Below, one piece after another: positions 27,646 to 36,881 of a stretch of DNA of 64,000 bases. Below the pieces are notes generated by a model. The model had not been told where the DNA came from, made no database searches, and saw only the letters and a list, made by a program, of their open reading frames with translations. This DNA is from a virus. Position numbers and translations under genes: made by a program. Positions within the stretch are counted from its first letter, which is position 1; each line of letters opens with the position of its first letter. The stretch spans positions 46,923 through 110,922 of the IMG/VR virus record IMGVR_UViG_3300032516_000009. One strand, written 5' to 3'.

Positions 27646-28015
27646 ATGAGGCTTTACGTAGATCGTCGACCCAATCTAAACAATCACTCAATTCCGATTC
27701 CAGATTTGATACTTGATAATCACATTTATCCGGTCCTTTCCACATAACTAATGAAACATAATACTGATTGATTATCCACCAGTTGAGTCTTCGACCTAAA
27801 GCCGCTTCGACTGCGGCAAAAGTCGTAATATCTTCCCAGGAAGGCCCAACAGGCCCGCTACCTGGATGGGAATGAGCAAATCCATCCAAGGTGTGCCTGA
27901 ATTTCCAAAATTGATTCCATAATTCAGTACTATCTGGTAGACATGAAGTACTGCGATCCGGTGGTATGTGCCAGTATAATGGTTCACCTTTACTAATTAT
28001 TACACCTGCTTCCAT
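27635..28015 (-). CDS. JAB/JAMM (MPN+) metallopeptidase
   Basis: N-terminal Glu plus HSHPGSGPVGPSWED (HxH-x-S-x2-D). Confidence 0.85.
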   Translation of the reverse strand: MEAGVIISKGEPLYWHIPPDRSTSCLPDSTELWNQFWKFRHTLDGFAHSHPGSGPVGPSWEDITTFAAVEAALGRRLNWWIINQYYVSLVMWKGPDKCDYQVSNLESELSDCLDWVDDLRKASYGT

Positions 28016-28071
28016 AACTAAAAATACATGAATGAAATAACCATTTTCGGATTTTAATCATTATTTCAGTT

Positions 28072-28857
28072 ATGAGAAAATGGCGAGACGATCAATTGAT
28101 CGAAGCTGTTAAAGCATCCCGTAATATATCAGAAGTAATAACTAGATTATATGATACGGAATGCGGTGGTCATTTTAAAACAGTTTGGAAATATGTTAAC
28201 CAATTACAATTAGATGTATCTCATTTTTCTAAGATCCCGGGTCCTACCGGTGTTGAATACCAGCCACAATATACGGATTCAATTCTATGTGAAAATAGTT
28301 CTATAAGTCATGGTACATTGCGTGCGTATTTATTACGTAATCGGATTATTCCATATACATGTATTCTATGTAATAATGACGGATATCATAATGGCAACAG
28401 GTTAGTATTACAATTAGACCACATAAATGGCATTAAAAATGATAATAGGACAACGAATCTTAGATTTTTATGCCCAAACTGTCATAGTCAAACGAAGACT
28501 TTCGGTAGAAAATCGCCAAAACCCTGCCCGAAGGGTCGAATTGGATCACTAAAATCGCCATGCCCACCACGCAGAAAATTAGACCATTCAAAAATATTAT
28601 CATTATATGAACAAGGCATAAGCATGCCAATTATAGCTCATCAATTTGGAGTTAAACACGCCGCTATACGGTACATATGTAAAAAATCACATATGTATAA
28701 GGGCAGAAATGAACATAGAGACCTAGTTAATTTGCGTAAACAAGCAATCTCCATGGTAAACTCCGGTCACAGTAGACGCAAAGCAGCAAGTTTACTTGGG
28801 GCTTCTAATAATTCAGTGGCTCGATGGATACGTGAACAAAATCACATCACTTCATAG
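28072..28857 (+). CDS. HNH homing endonuclease with two HTHs, inserted antisense in the operon
   Basis: LQLDHINGIKNDNRTTNLRFLCPNCHSQT. Confidence 0.9.
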   Translation: MRKWRDDQLIEAVKASRNISEVITRLYDTECGGHFKTVWKYVNQLQLDVSHFSKIPGPTGVEYQPQYTDSILCENSSISHGTLRAYLLRNRIIPYTCILCNNDGYHNGNRLVLQLDHINGIKNDNRTTNLRFLCPNCHSQTKTFGRKSPKPCPKGRIGSLKSPCPPRRKLDHSKILSLYEQGISMPIIAHQFGVKHAAIRYICKKSHMYKGRNEHRDLVNLRKQAISMVNSGHSRRKAASLLGASNNSVARWIREQNHITS

Positions 28858-29039
28858 ATTCTACGAGTCACTTGGGGAATTGAAGCTTCCCGGAACTTGT
28901 AGTCCGTGCGTTCGTCTACGGCCTCGATTTCAAGCATTGACCCGTCGGTGAACTCAATGGAGCCATACTTAATGTCTAGGTTTACACTCTTGATGGTCTT
29001 ATTTGCGATCTTCTCCGCAATCTCATAGCTTTTCGTATA

Positions 29040-30017
29040 TTACCAATCCTCGTCTTCATCTCTATCATCGTCCACGTGTCTGAACACATGAAGTACCCTC
29101 TTGTGTTCCGCTTCTCTAATTACACCCGGAAGGGATTCTAGCGTGAAGTACGCATCCCCTCTCTCCCCAGTGTGGTGATCAGTTAAACAAATACCAGCTT
29201 CAATTATCTGAAGAGTGCGTGCATCACACGTACATTCGAATCGTCTTTGGTTTATCCTGAATGTAACAACCATTTCACCACGATTGTATGAACATCGGTG
29301 ATCTAAGTACTCAGCGCCTCCAATAGCCAGAGCCGCTCGAGCCGCTTCCCCGAAATCGACTTGTGCCATGGTGCGACGACCAGCGGCATCACCAAGCTGT
29401 TTGACTAATTGCGCTCGCCGTTCTTCCTTTGCTCGCCGTTCTTCCTCTTCTACTCGGCGTCGTTCGGCTTCAGCTCGGCGTCGTTCGGCTTCAGCACGAT
29501 ACCAAGTCTCCATTCTGAACGCTGCATCGAGTGCTGGCGAAACACCTTGAACATCATTGACAGAATCAGCTCTGTTTTGATATGCTTCTGCGACTTTCTC
29601 TTCCGGTCCTAATGGCATTTCTTGATTTTGGTAGATCAGCGGGCCATCGTCACAAACTCGACCGGCAGCAATACGAACAAACCTATCGAGTCCAGGTTCG
29701 ATCAAATAAACTTGTTCTGAACAACTGATAAGTTGTGTGGGATCCGGGTCAACTCGAACATTATCGAGGACAATCCGATCTCCAATTAGATACCCATGAA
29801 CTACGGACCTTAGGATTTCTGGTATTGCGTCAGCAGTTCCTTTAACCGTAGCTTTGCGAGCGGAAATTTTGAAACTAAACCATCCATGCTCGCGGGGTAA
29901 TGCCCCGTCAATATGCCATACACGATCGATAGATCGGAGAGATCTACTTCCAGTCCAAGGAAGAACTGTAACTTCTTCGTTAGATTGTAGTAGATCTCTC
30001 CAACCCATCACTGTCAC
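29040..30017 (-). CDS. Putative E2/UBC-like protein with coiled coil
   Basis: C-terminal AGICL motif then LESLPGVI helix, reminiscent of the UBC GxICL catalytic Cys; coupled to the TROVE-like gene. Confidence 0.5.
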   Translation of the reverse strand: MTVMGWRDLLQSNEEVTVLPWTGSRSLRSIDRVWHIDGALPREHGWFSFKISARKATVKGTADAIPEILRSVVHGYLIGDRIVLDNVRVDPDPTQLISCSEQVYLIEPGLDRFVRIAAGRVCDDGPLIYQNQEMPLGPEEKVAEAYQNRADSVNDVQGVSPALDAAFRMETWYRAEAERRRAEAERRRVEEEERRAKEERRAQLVKQLGDAAGRRTMAQVDFGEAARAALAIGGAEYLDHRCSYNRGEMVVTFRINQRRFECTCDARTLQIIEAGICLTDHHTGERGDAYFTLESLPGVIREAEHKRVLHVFRHVDDDRDEDEDW

Positions 30018-31876
30018 GCAGCAAATGATGGCTTAGCTAGAAGATCCGTTTGTAGGATCGTCTCGACCAAAGATACACGGTGAACCGTGCGACTTACAGT
30101 GGTCTTCGACTGCCCGACCGGAGTAGACGCTACGAGCGCCCTGATCGTACGCGGAATCGCGTACACATCCTCGAACGTCTTTTCATCGATCAAGAAGCAT
30201 GGGATCTTCAGCTGATCTGCCGTGTCCTGAACCGCCCTGTAGTGAGGATTGTTCCTGACTTTGACAAATCCGAATGCCATCGGGTTCAGGCCCGACGCAT
30301 TCACCGCTGCAGTGAATGGCCCCGCTTCCTCATCCCCAATGAACATAAATAGTGTGTCTTCGTTTGGAAGAGGCTGATACTTCATCAAGGCCCTGACGCC
30401 AGCGCCGTAATCGGTCCCGCCGCCCGCGGAAATACCACGGAAGGCGTTCTCGACCCCGGCAGCGGAGGGATGCTTCAAGGGGAGTTCACGTCCTGCCGTA
30501 TTGAAGACGGAGATGTGAACCTTATCCGGTGGAAACGCCTGGAGAAACTTAGCTACGTGGCTCTTCGCCTGGACAATAGCATCCTCCATGGACCCGGAAA
30601 TATCAACCATGAAGTAGACTCGGATTCCCTTCATGACTTCCTCTACCGCCTTTTGAACGGCGGTGTCAGCAGCCTCTTGAAGTTTTTCCTTCGTCTGCTT
30701 GTTCTTCACCCTGGATGCGATATTGGCAGCGCGCATGTCATCTGCAGACTTAACTGCCTTTTCCCAACGGTTCTTGACTTCCTGTACCTTCAGTAGGCCA
30801 AGCTCTTCAAGTGTTGGCGTTGCGATGATCAAGTCCTTGTCAGACATGGCCCCGGATTCGATGGCCGCTGTGACGATGGCTCGAGTGAGTCCAACGCTCT
30901 TCGGCACCAGTCCGACAATGCGCTTATACCCGGGCTTCTCCTTGATGATTTGTTCGCAGATCTGCATCTCATTAAGATCGCCCCAGTTGTCCGCCGCCTT
31001 CACCGCTTGTCCGATGGCCATCGTGCGACGACCATCCTTGGCCTGGGACTGCTTCCAGCGCAAAGCTTCAAAGAATTGCGGCATGATAGGCTTGTAACCT
31101 ACCCGACGCGCCAATTCCATGACAGTCGTGCGGAATCCCGCCTTCATAAGCCCCCGCATCAGATTCGGATTGGCCTCTCGGTGTTCCAGCCATTTCGTTA
31201 CAACCTTTGGCCATCGACCGAGGAACGGATGACGAGCCGACTTGCCGAAACCAAGCTCGCGATTGATCTCGGCCACTTGAGGCATGGACAAGATATCGTG
31301 AATACGCAGAAGTAACTTGGGATTTAGGTCCTTACCGTCACGACGAATGATCAGCGCCATGGCTTCTCCGACGTCTCTATAGTCTTCGTCATGAAATGCG
31401 ACGGTGTCACCATCCTTAACCGGATCGCCCTTACGGCTCTGTACAAGCATCAATGCCGCAAGAACGACTTTGAGATCCCGATGCTCCTGAGCGAAAGCGT
31501 AAGACGCCCATCGAGCGGAGAACTCGTTGTCAAGTCGCCAAACCTCAACGACTTGGCGATACATCCAGGTAACAACTTCAGGAAAGAGTCCTGCCGGTCG
31601 GTAGTCACCGACCTTCCTGCGGTCTTCGGTACGAATAGTATTATCGGCCCAAAGAGTACCAATCTTGACCTTGTTTGTCTTTCGTCCAACCTTGGTCAGT
31701 TGATACACAACCTTTTGACCGTTCTCCTCCTTATGGGTTACGGGAGTCCATTTCACTCCAACAACCGCAGTGGGATCGGGAACCACGATCCCCGGCCTTC
31801 CGTGATATGCATGATCCACATATGACAAAATGGACTGAATAGTGCGCTCGGCTGGTCCTAAATTCTCATTTTGCAC
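30014..31876 (-). CDS. Ro60/TROVE-like helical domain plus vWA protein
   Basis: C-terminal VDISGSM...GGGTD...FIGDEE; N-terminal DNEFSARWASYA..E.RDL..VLAAL and LARRVGYKP resemble TROVE motifs; GTG start with AGGAG RBS. Confidence 0.7.
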   Translation of the reverse strand: MQNENLGPAERTIQSILSYVDHAYHGRPGIVVPDPTAVVGVKWTPVTHKEENGQKVVYQLTKVGRKTNKVKIGTLWADNTIRTEDRRKVGDYRPAGLFPEVVTWMYRQVVEVWRLDNEFSARWASYAFAQEHRDLKVVLAALMLVQSRKGDPVKDGDTVAFHDEDYRDVGEAMALIIRRDGKDLNPKLLLRIHDILSMPQVAEINRELGFGKSARHPFLGRWPKVVTKWLEHREANPNLMRGLMKAGFRTTVMELARRVGYKPIMPQFFEALRWKQSQAKDGRRTMAIGQAVKAADNWGDLNEMQICEQIIKEKPGYKRIVGLVPKSVGLTRAIVTAAIESGAMSDKDLIIATPTLEELGLLKVQEVKNRWEKAVKSADDMRAANIASRVKNKQTKEKLQEAADTAVQKAVEEVMKGIRVYFMVDISGSMEDAIVQAKSHVAKFLQAFPPDKVHISVFNTAGRELPLKHPSAAGVENAFRGISAGGGTDYGAGVRALMKYQPLPNEDTLFMFIGDEEAGPFTAAVNASGLNPMAFGFVKVRNNPHYRAVQDTADQLKIPCFLIDEKTFEDVYAIPRTIRALVASTPVGQSKTTVSRTVHRVSLVETILQTDLLAKPSFAA

Positions 31877-32507
31877 TTGCTTTCTCCTGTTTTCGTTTGT
31901 GTGTACGTATCTTATGACAGTTGGCACATACTACGTCACACTTTTTAATTTCATCAAGTAATTGTCTTAATGATCCTTTGAATATGAGCGTACTAACCTT
32001 AGTTATTTTGGTTGAAGGATCACGATGGTCGAAATCCATGACATATGTTGGGTACGTTTCTTTACAGTCCATGCATGGCTGTTCTTTAAATGTTTCAACT
32101 ACATGTTTTAACTTCGCTACCGTTCTAGCCTTTGACAAATATTCACCACGTTTATTTAGATACTCAGCCTTTCTTTTGGAAGATTGACATTTTCGACATC
32201 TAATGCTGCGTCTACCAAGTGACTTTCCATTCCAGCCGAATTCAATTGTGAGTTTCTTACACCCACAGTCACAACATTTAGTATATTTTGGTTCGATAAT
32301 GCCAGATTTCACTGCTTCTCGACATTTTTGTCTATAACGTTCTTCCCGAGCCTTAACAACGTTTAAATGTGATGCACGGTATTCTCTCCTGTAAACAATA
32401 GAACATTGTTTACAGCGAGCATGTCTTTCTTGCCTTGCTTTCGATCTCCAATGGAATTCAGATTCCGATTTTAAAATTTTACATTGGATGCATTGTTTAT
32501 TAACCAT
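31866..32507 (-). CDS. HNH endonuclease
   Basis: PCMDC...MDFDHRDP...KCDVVCANCHKIRT. Confidence 0.85.
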   Translation of the reverse strand: MVNKQCIQCKILKSESEFHWRSKARQERHARCKQCSIVYRREYRASHLNVVKAREERYRQKCREAVKSGIIEPKYTKCCDCGCKKLTIEFGWNGKSLGRRSIRCRKCQSSKRKAEYLNKRGEYLSKARTVAKLKHVVETFKEQPCMDCKETYPTYVMDFDHRDPSTKITKVSTLIFKGSLRQLLDEIKKCDVVCANCHKIRTHKRKQEKASAK

Positions 32508-32545
32508 GAGTTACTATACCATACGATTTCGTTACTCATAATTAC

Positions 32546-32599
32546 ACCAGACTTCACTCGATTTTCGGTCTGCACATCGAAAATCGAGTGAAGTCTGGT
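32546..32599. repeat. 22-bp perfect inverted repeat
   Basis: ACCAGACTTCACTCGATTTTCG-10 nt-CGAAAATCGAGTGAAGTCTGGT. Confidence 0.95.
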
Positions 32600-32621
32600 A
32601 CAGCGTACAAATTTACACCAG

Positions 32622-32694
32622 CACCCCCTATTGGATTCGAACCAATGTGATCCTCTTTAGGAAAGAGGTGCCTGATCCGCTAGGCTAAGGGGGC
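32622..32694 (-). tRNA. tRNA-Arg(CCT)
   Basis: CCTCT-TTCCTAA-AGAGG. Confidence 0.9.
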
Positions 32695-32699
32695 GATAG

Positions 32700-32773
32700 G
32701 GTGATGTACCGGTAACGATCCGGCCAATCCTGGAGCCACAATCCAGTGGGTTCTCCTGCTCCCTCACATCACC
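32700..32773 (-). tRNA. tRNA-His(GTG)
   Basis: CTGGA-TTGTGGC-TCCAG; G-1:C73. Confidence 0.85.
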
Positions 32774-32800
32774 ATAAATTTTTGGTTGGATGACTAATAT

Positions 32801-33232
32801 ATGAAACCGAGTCAAGTTGTATTAAAATTACGTCGGATTGCCGCCGCTATTGAGAATTCGAAAAAACCAGATAAATTACTGGTGGCAAAAGACTTAAAGA
32901 AGTTAATGGCCGCTATAAACCCACCCGATCTACCCTCATGGGATGAAGTAGAAAATTCCCTTTCCAATGCGTTCGATAATCTGGATTGGGAAGCCGTAGC
33001 TCAGCAAGAGAAGGGTTCACTCCTTTTAACTAGTGAACCAGCCTACACTATCTATAAAACACATAGTGTAGCTATCCAAGCCCATAATATTGGCGGAAAG
33101 TATTCTGTATCGGTATCTGAACCGGGTGATTTCGAGCAGGTATATTCAGCAACACCTGATACATTCAATGCAGATGCCGCTGCTAAAGAAGTCGTCGAAG
33201 TTCTTCGTAATATTCTTGAATCTGGAGAATAG
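32801..33232 (+). CDS. PS-LRxIA leader family protein
   Basis: MKPSQVVLKLRRIAAAIENSKKPDKLLVAKDL followed by an acidic domain. Confidence 0.75.
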   Translation: MKPSQVVLKLRRIAAAIENSKKPDKLLVAKDLKKLMAAINPPDLPSWDEVENSLSNAFDNLDWEAVAQQEKGSLLLTSEPAYTIYKTHSVAIQAHNIGGKYSVSVSEPGDFEQVYSATPDTFNADAAAKEVVEVLRNILESGE

Positions 33233-33247
33233 GTTTTTATATCACAG

Positions 33248-33320
33248 CGCTCCCGGCGGGAATCGAACCCGCGCCTCCAGATTGAGGGTCTGGCCACCTA
33301 ACCGCTAGTAAGACGGGAGC
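33248..33320 (-). tRNA. tRNA-Glu(CTC), second copy, C33
   Basis: CCAGA-CCCTCAA-TCTGG. Confidence 0.85.
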
Positions 33321-33403
33321 AAGCGCCTCACTTTCTAATCAAGGTGGTTCACTTTCAGCTGCTCGCGAGACAGCACCCATTCCTCAAATAGAAAGCAAGG
33401 CGG

Positions 33404-33476
33404 TCGGACTGGCCGGTCACGATCCGGCGACCTCGACGTCCCCGACGTCGCGCTCTTCCAACTGAGCTACAGCCCG
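33404..33476 (-). tRNA. tRNA-Pro(GGG), C33
   Basis: CGACG-TCGGGGA-CGTCG; T loop ATCGTGA. Confidence 0.9.
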
Positions 33477-33536
33477 GAAATCTGTTTATTTGAACTGTTT
33501 ATATTGTATTGTTAATATAACCGATTGGAGGTTCGA

Positions 33537-34244
33537 ATGACAGAATGGAAAAGAAATATGAAGAGGAATAGTAGAATCAGAGAATTGCGAAAGAAGGGCT
33601 ACAGTATTCCGGAAATAGCCAGAAAACTTAATATCAGCAAATCAACTACATCGTTACATTGTAAGAATGTCACAATAGAAAATCCGGAAAGAATGAAGAA
33701 GAGAATTAAAGAGAACGGAATGAATGGTTGTAAAGCAGCAAAGAAAAAATGGGATGATAAGAAGACAGAGATCAAAAAATTAGCGGAGAAAGAATGGACA
33801 CTGATTAGAAAAGACCCCGAGATGATGGGGTTTCTCGGATTGTATTGGGGAGAAGGTAGTAAACGCAATGGAAAAGTAGAAATAGTCAATAATGATTATG
33901 GAGTAATATTAGCTGCGATTAAAATATTTGAGCGGCTATGTCCAGATAAGAATTTCGAAATTACTGTGAAGTACTATCCCGAACAAAAACCTGAACAATG
34001 CAGGAAATTTTGGGAGAAAATTCTCAGAAAGCCAATAAGACTACGAGAAAAGAAATGGTTAGGGAAAACTAGAAGAATTTATTCAATTAATGGATTATGT
34101 ACTGTCAGATTCAGTGATTGGTCAACGTATACAAGAATCGTGACCTGGCTAAATTTATGGAAAAAAGAATTATTAAATGAGTCGGGCAGGGCGGATTCGA
34201 ACCGCCGATCTCGAGTACCCAAAACTCGCGCCTTACCAAACTAG
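33537..34244 (+). CDS. HTH plus LAGLIDADG-like protein
   Basis: GYSIPEIARKLNISKST; FLGLYWGEGSK. Confidence 0.7.
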   Translation: MTEWKRNMKRNSRIRELRKKGYSIPEIARKLNISKSTTSLHCKNVTIENPERMKKRIKENGMNGCKAAKKKWDDKKTEIKKLAEKEWTLIRKDPEMMGFLGLYWGEGSKRNGKVEIVNNDYGVILAAIKIFERLCPDKNFEITVKYYPEQKPEQCRKFWEKILRKPIRLREKKWLGKTRRIYSINGLCTVRFSDWSTYTRIVTWLNLWKKELLNESGRADSNRRSRVPKTRALPN

Positions 34245-34255
34245 GCCACTGCCCG
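34182..34255 (-). tRNA. tRNA-Pro(TGG)
   Basis: CGAGT-TTTGGGT-ACTCG. Confidence 0.9.
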
Positions 34256-34262
34256 GAAAATT

Positions 34263-34580
34263 TTACGTTACCATTATTTCTTCGATAGAAGCTAATCGAT
34301 AAGCGTCACAATCCTTAGCAAAAATTGCGTGAATACCAACCTCTTCGGTTCCCCCATACCTACGTCTAACTTCTTTCGTACGGCTTTCACTATCATGTAT
34401 GCTGTTAATCTTATTCGCTAATTCTGTAAATGCTAAAATCAATTGTAGTCTCTTTTGAAATTCAGACATTCCGTCCCAGTAAAAAACTTCTCCACCACAC
34501 CTGGTGCATTTATACCAATCACCAGGATCATTTTGATGATTTATTCCACGACGATCAAACATCCAATTATGAGGTCTCAT
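34263..34580 (-). CDS. HxW-CxxC-C Zn-finger protein with C-terminal tag
   Basis: PHNW...CTRCG...DCD..IEEIMVT. Confidence 0.65.
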   Translation of the reverse strand: MRPHNWMFDRRGINHQNDPGDWYKCTRCGGEVFYWDGMSEFQKRLQLILAFTELANKINSIHDSESRTKEVRRRYGGTEEVGIHAIFAKDCDAYRLASIEEIMVT

Positions 34581-34581
34581 A

Positions 34582-34917
34582 TTATCGCTCGATAAAATTT
34601 GCTAATTCGGGTTTTGGTTCATCTGTATCCGTACATTTTATGCTAATAGCATCGCATTCACGACATTTAAAATGTCTGTGAACACCCGACAACGGACATC
34701 GTTTACGCCAGAACCAAAAACCTTTTACTATAACACGTTTGGTTGGGTAACAAGCTTTACCTTCGCTAGTATCACCAACCCAGTTCGTAAACCGTTTACC
34801 GCACACTGGGCAATAAGACGCGGAATATCCGTCTTTTTTGACAACATAATATGTGAAAATATTAGCTAAAGGTTTCTCGTATTCGACAATAGCTTGTGTG
34901 CGATAGGGCACTGCCAT
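34582..34917 (-). CDS. Small Zn-finger protein
   Basis: CPVCG, CREC. Confidence 0.6.
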   Translation of the reverse strand: MAVPYRTQAIVEYEKPLANIFTYYVVKKDGYSASYCPVCGKRFTNWVGDTSEGKACYPTKRVIVKGFWFWRKRCPLSGVHRHFKCRECDAISIKCTDTDEPKPELANFIER

Positions 34918-34935
34918 GTTTCACATTACAATCAG

Positions 34936-35551
34936 TGCCCCTGGCGGGATTCGAACCCGCGAAATTCAGACACCTAATTGGATCGAATTCCATACGCAGT
35001 ATGTTTCCGGTGACAATTTGAACAAATCAATTCACATTTAGAAAGTTCCTTTACAATATTATCCCAACTCTGACGCATTAAATTAGTCCAGTCCATTTCC
35101 TTTTCTTTTATATGGTGGAAATCATAAATGCATGGGTCATCTACAATATTACAACAGACGCATTTTCCGCCTAGAAATGCAACTGCTTTTGCTTTAACTT
35201 TTTTCCATCGATTTGCTTGATATTCATCCTGGCAAACTCTACAATACGCACATAAATATGTTCGTTTTGAATTGTAGAATCTGAATTCCGTAGCAGGTTT
35301 AGTATCTTTACATTTGGCACAATGTTTTGGTTTCATCCCTTCATAATATGGCGCTAATTTAGCCCGAGCCAGACGGACTTTATTATTCTGAGCACAAACT
35401 CCACCACAAAATTTTCCTCTTGCCGATCTATTACGTTTACGAAGTACTTTTAAATCAAATTCTTGTTTGCATTCGATACATATCATACACTACTTTAGTC
35501 ATAGAAAGACTAAAGATGTCTCAGGTGCTCGAACCTCCGAGCGTCGTGGGC
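34936..35551 (-). tRNA. Interrupted tRNA-Arg(TCT)-like gene enclosing an HNH ORF
   Basis: 5' acceptor plus D arm at 35551-35525, hairpin with loop TTTCTAT, T arm plus 3' acceptor at 34961-34936; flanking helix AGACAT/GTGTCT. Confidence 0.6.
34974..35486 (-). CDS. HNH endonuclease inside the interrupted tRNA
   Basis: GGKCVCC...YDFHH...KCELICSNCHRKH. Confidence 0.85.
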   Translation of the reverse strand: MICIECKQEFDLKVLRKRNRSARGKFCGGVCAQNNKVRLARAKLAPYYEGMKPKHCAKCKDTKPATEFRFYNSKRTYLCAYCRVCQDEYQANRWKKVKAKAVAFLGGKCVCCNIVDDPCIYDFHHIKEKEMDWTNLMRQSWDNIVKELSKCELICSNCHRKHTAYGIRSN

Positions 35552-35557
35552 AAAAAA

Positions 35558-35884
35558 TCACGGCATTTCAGCAGAAATTGTAACGATGCCGTCCGTAGCT
35601 TCAAAATACACGTTCGTCTCTAGATCTTCGACAAACTTAGCATCGGTATCAAGATTAAATACAACATTATTGTTATCGACAATTTGTTCTATCTGATATT
35701 CACCAGTCGAATAGCCTTTGCTCTCTATAATAACTTTGGCCACCTTTATTGCGTCATCAGCACTCATAGTAGAAGGGTGCTCGACTCCCATGAAAATAAC
35801 ATTTTCACCAGTTTCGAACCCGAGATCCTCGTCTTCATCAATTGCATGGGCTGCAACACGCATGGCTATCTTGACGAGATCCAT
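35558..35884 (-). CDS. Acidic protein with short LxKIAxRVAA leader
   Basis: MDLVKIAMRVAA...; the upstream part of the track ORF overlaps tRNAs. Confidence 0.65.
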   Translation of the reverse strand: MDLVKIAMRVAAHAIDEDEDLGFETGENVIFMGVEHPSTMSADDAIKVAKVIIESKGYSTGEYQIEQIVDNNNVVFNLDTDAKFVEDLETNVYFEATDGIVTISAEMP

Positions 35885-35913
35885 ACTAATTGTTTCCATA
35901 ACAGACTTATAGG

Positions 35914-35982
35914 TCGGACTGGCCGGACTCGAACTGGCGACTGGTCCCGAACCACGCGCGCTACCAACTGCGCTACAGCCCG
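35914..35982 (-). pseudogene. Degenerate tRNA-Pro(CGG)
   Basis: About 4 nt deleted from the 3' anticodon stem/variable loop. Confidence 0.7.
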
Positions 35983-36027
35983 TGAATCGCGGAACATTCC
36001 GCGATAAACAGCTTTGACTGACGTCGG

Positions 36028-36100
36028 TGCCCCAGGCCGGATTTGAACCGGCGACGCCTACCTCTTCAGGGTAGCGCTCTACCAACTGAGCTACCGGGGC
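36028..36100 (-). tRNA. tRNA-Phe(GAA)
   Basis: CTACC-CTGAAGA-GGTAG. Confidence 0.9.
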
Positions 36101-36149
36101 ATATTCGAACTAAATTCGAATATTAGACTTGTTGTAAAATTGGTTCGAT

Positions 36150-36881
36150 ATGGGGTATCGAACTTGGACAGATAAAGATCTAGAGTTAGCGGTTAAATCA
36201 AGTAAGACCAAATCAGATGTTATTCGTAAACTTGGACTAAAATCCAATAGTTCTGGTAATTTTCAGGTTATCGACATCCATATTAAACGACTCGGGTTGG
36301 ATATAGCACATTTTCACGAAGTCGTATTAGGAAAACCTAGCAAACCGAAACAGATTGAGGATTTATTAATTAAAAACAGTACTTATACAAATACTGGAAA
36401 ACTCAAGTCTAGATTAATTAGAGCTGGTCTTCTTAGAGAAGAGTGTTATGAATGTAAAACAACCACATGGATGGGTAAAAAGTTATCTCTACAACTTGAT
36501 CACATAGACGGTGATCGAAGTAATAATGAATTAAACAATCTTAGACTGTTATGCCCAAACTGTCACTCTCTAACATCAACTTATTCCCGTTCCCGTACTA
36601 AAATGCAGAATAAACTATCAGAAAATAAGTGTAAATGCGGAGCATTTATTTGTCGGCGTTCCAGCATGTGTATTACTTGTGATGCTATTTCTAGGAGAGG
36701 TAAAAATTTAAAAATTAAATGGCCAAACATGAAAACATTACTAAATATGGTGGAAGAAGCCGGATATGTTCAAACTGGTGTTAAATTAGGCGTTTCGGAT
36801 AGAGCCGTAAAAAAACATATTCTCAGAAATAACAAGAACTGCGCACCGAATGGCAGTAGAAAATTGACAGTACCCGAGTAA
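36150..36881 (+). CDS. HNH homing endonuclease with HTH
   Basis: LQLDHIDGDRSNNELNNLRLLCPNCHS; LGVSDRAVKK. Confidence 0.9.
   Translation: MGYRTWTDKDLELAVKSSKTKSDVIRKLGLKSNSSGNFQVIDIHIKRLGLDIAHFHEVVLGKPSKPKQIEDLLIKNSTYTNTGKLKSRLIRAGLLREECYECKTTTWMGKKLSLQLDHIDGDRSNNELNNLRLLCPNCHSLTSTYSRSRTKMQNKLSENKCKCGAFICRRSSMCITCDAISRRGKNLKIKWPNMKTLLNMVEEAGYVQTGVKLGVSDRAVKKHILRNNKNCAPNGSRKLTVPE

Noticed and set aside
34936-35551. tmRNA or group I intron
   Set aside because: It has a D stem and no G3:U70 pair, and the insert is almost entirely ORF with no ribozyme core.
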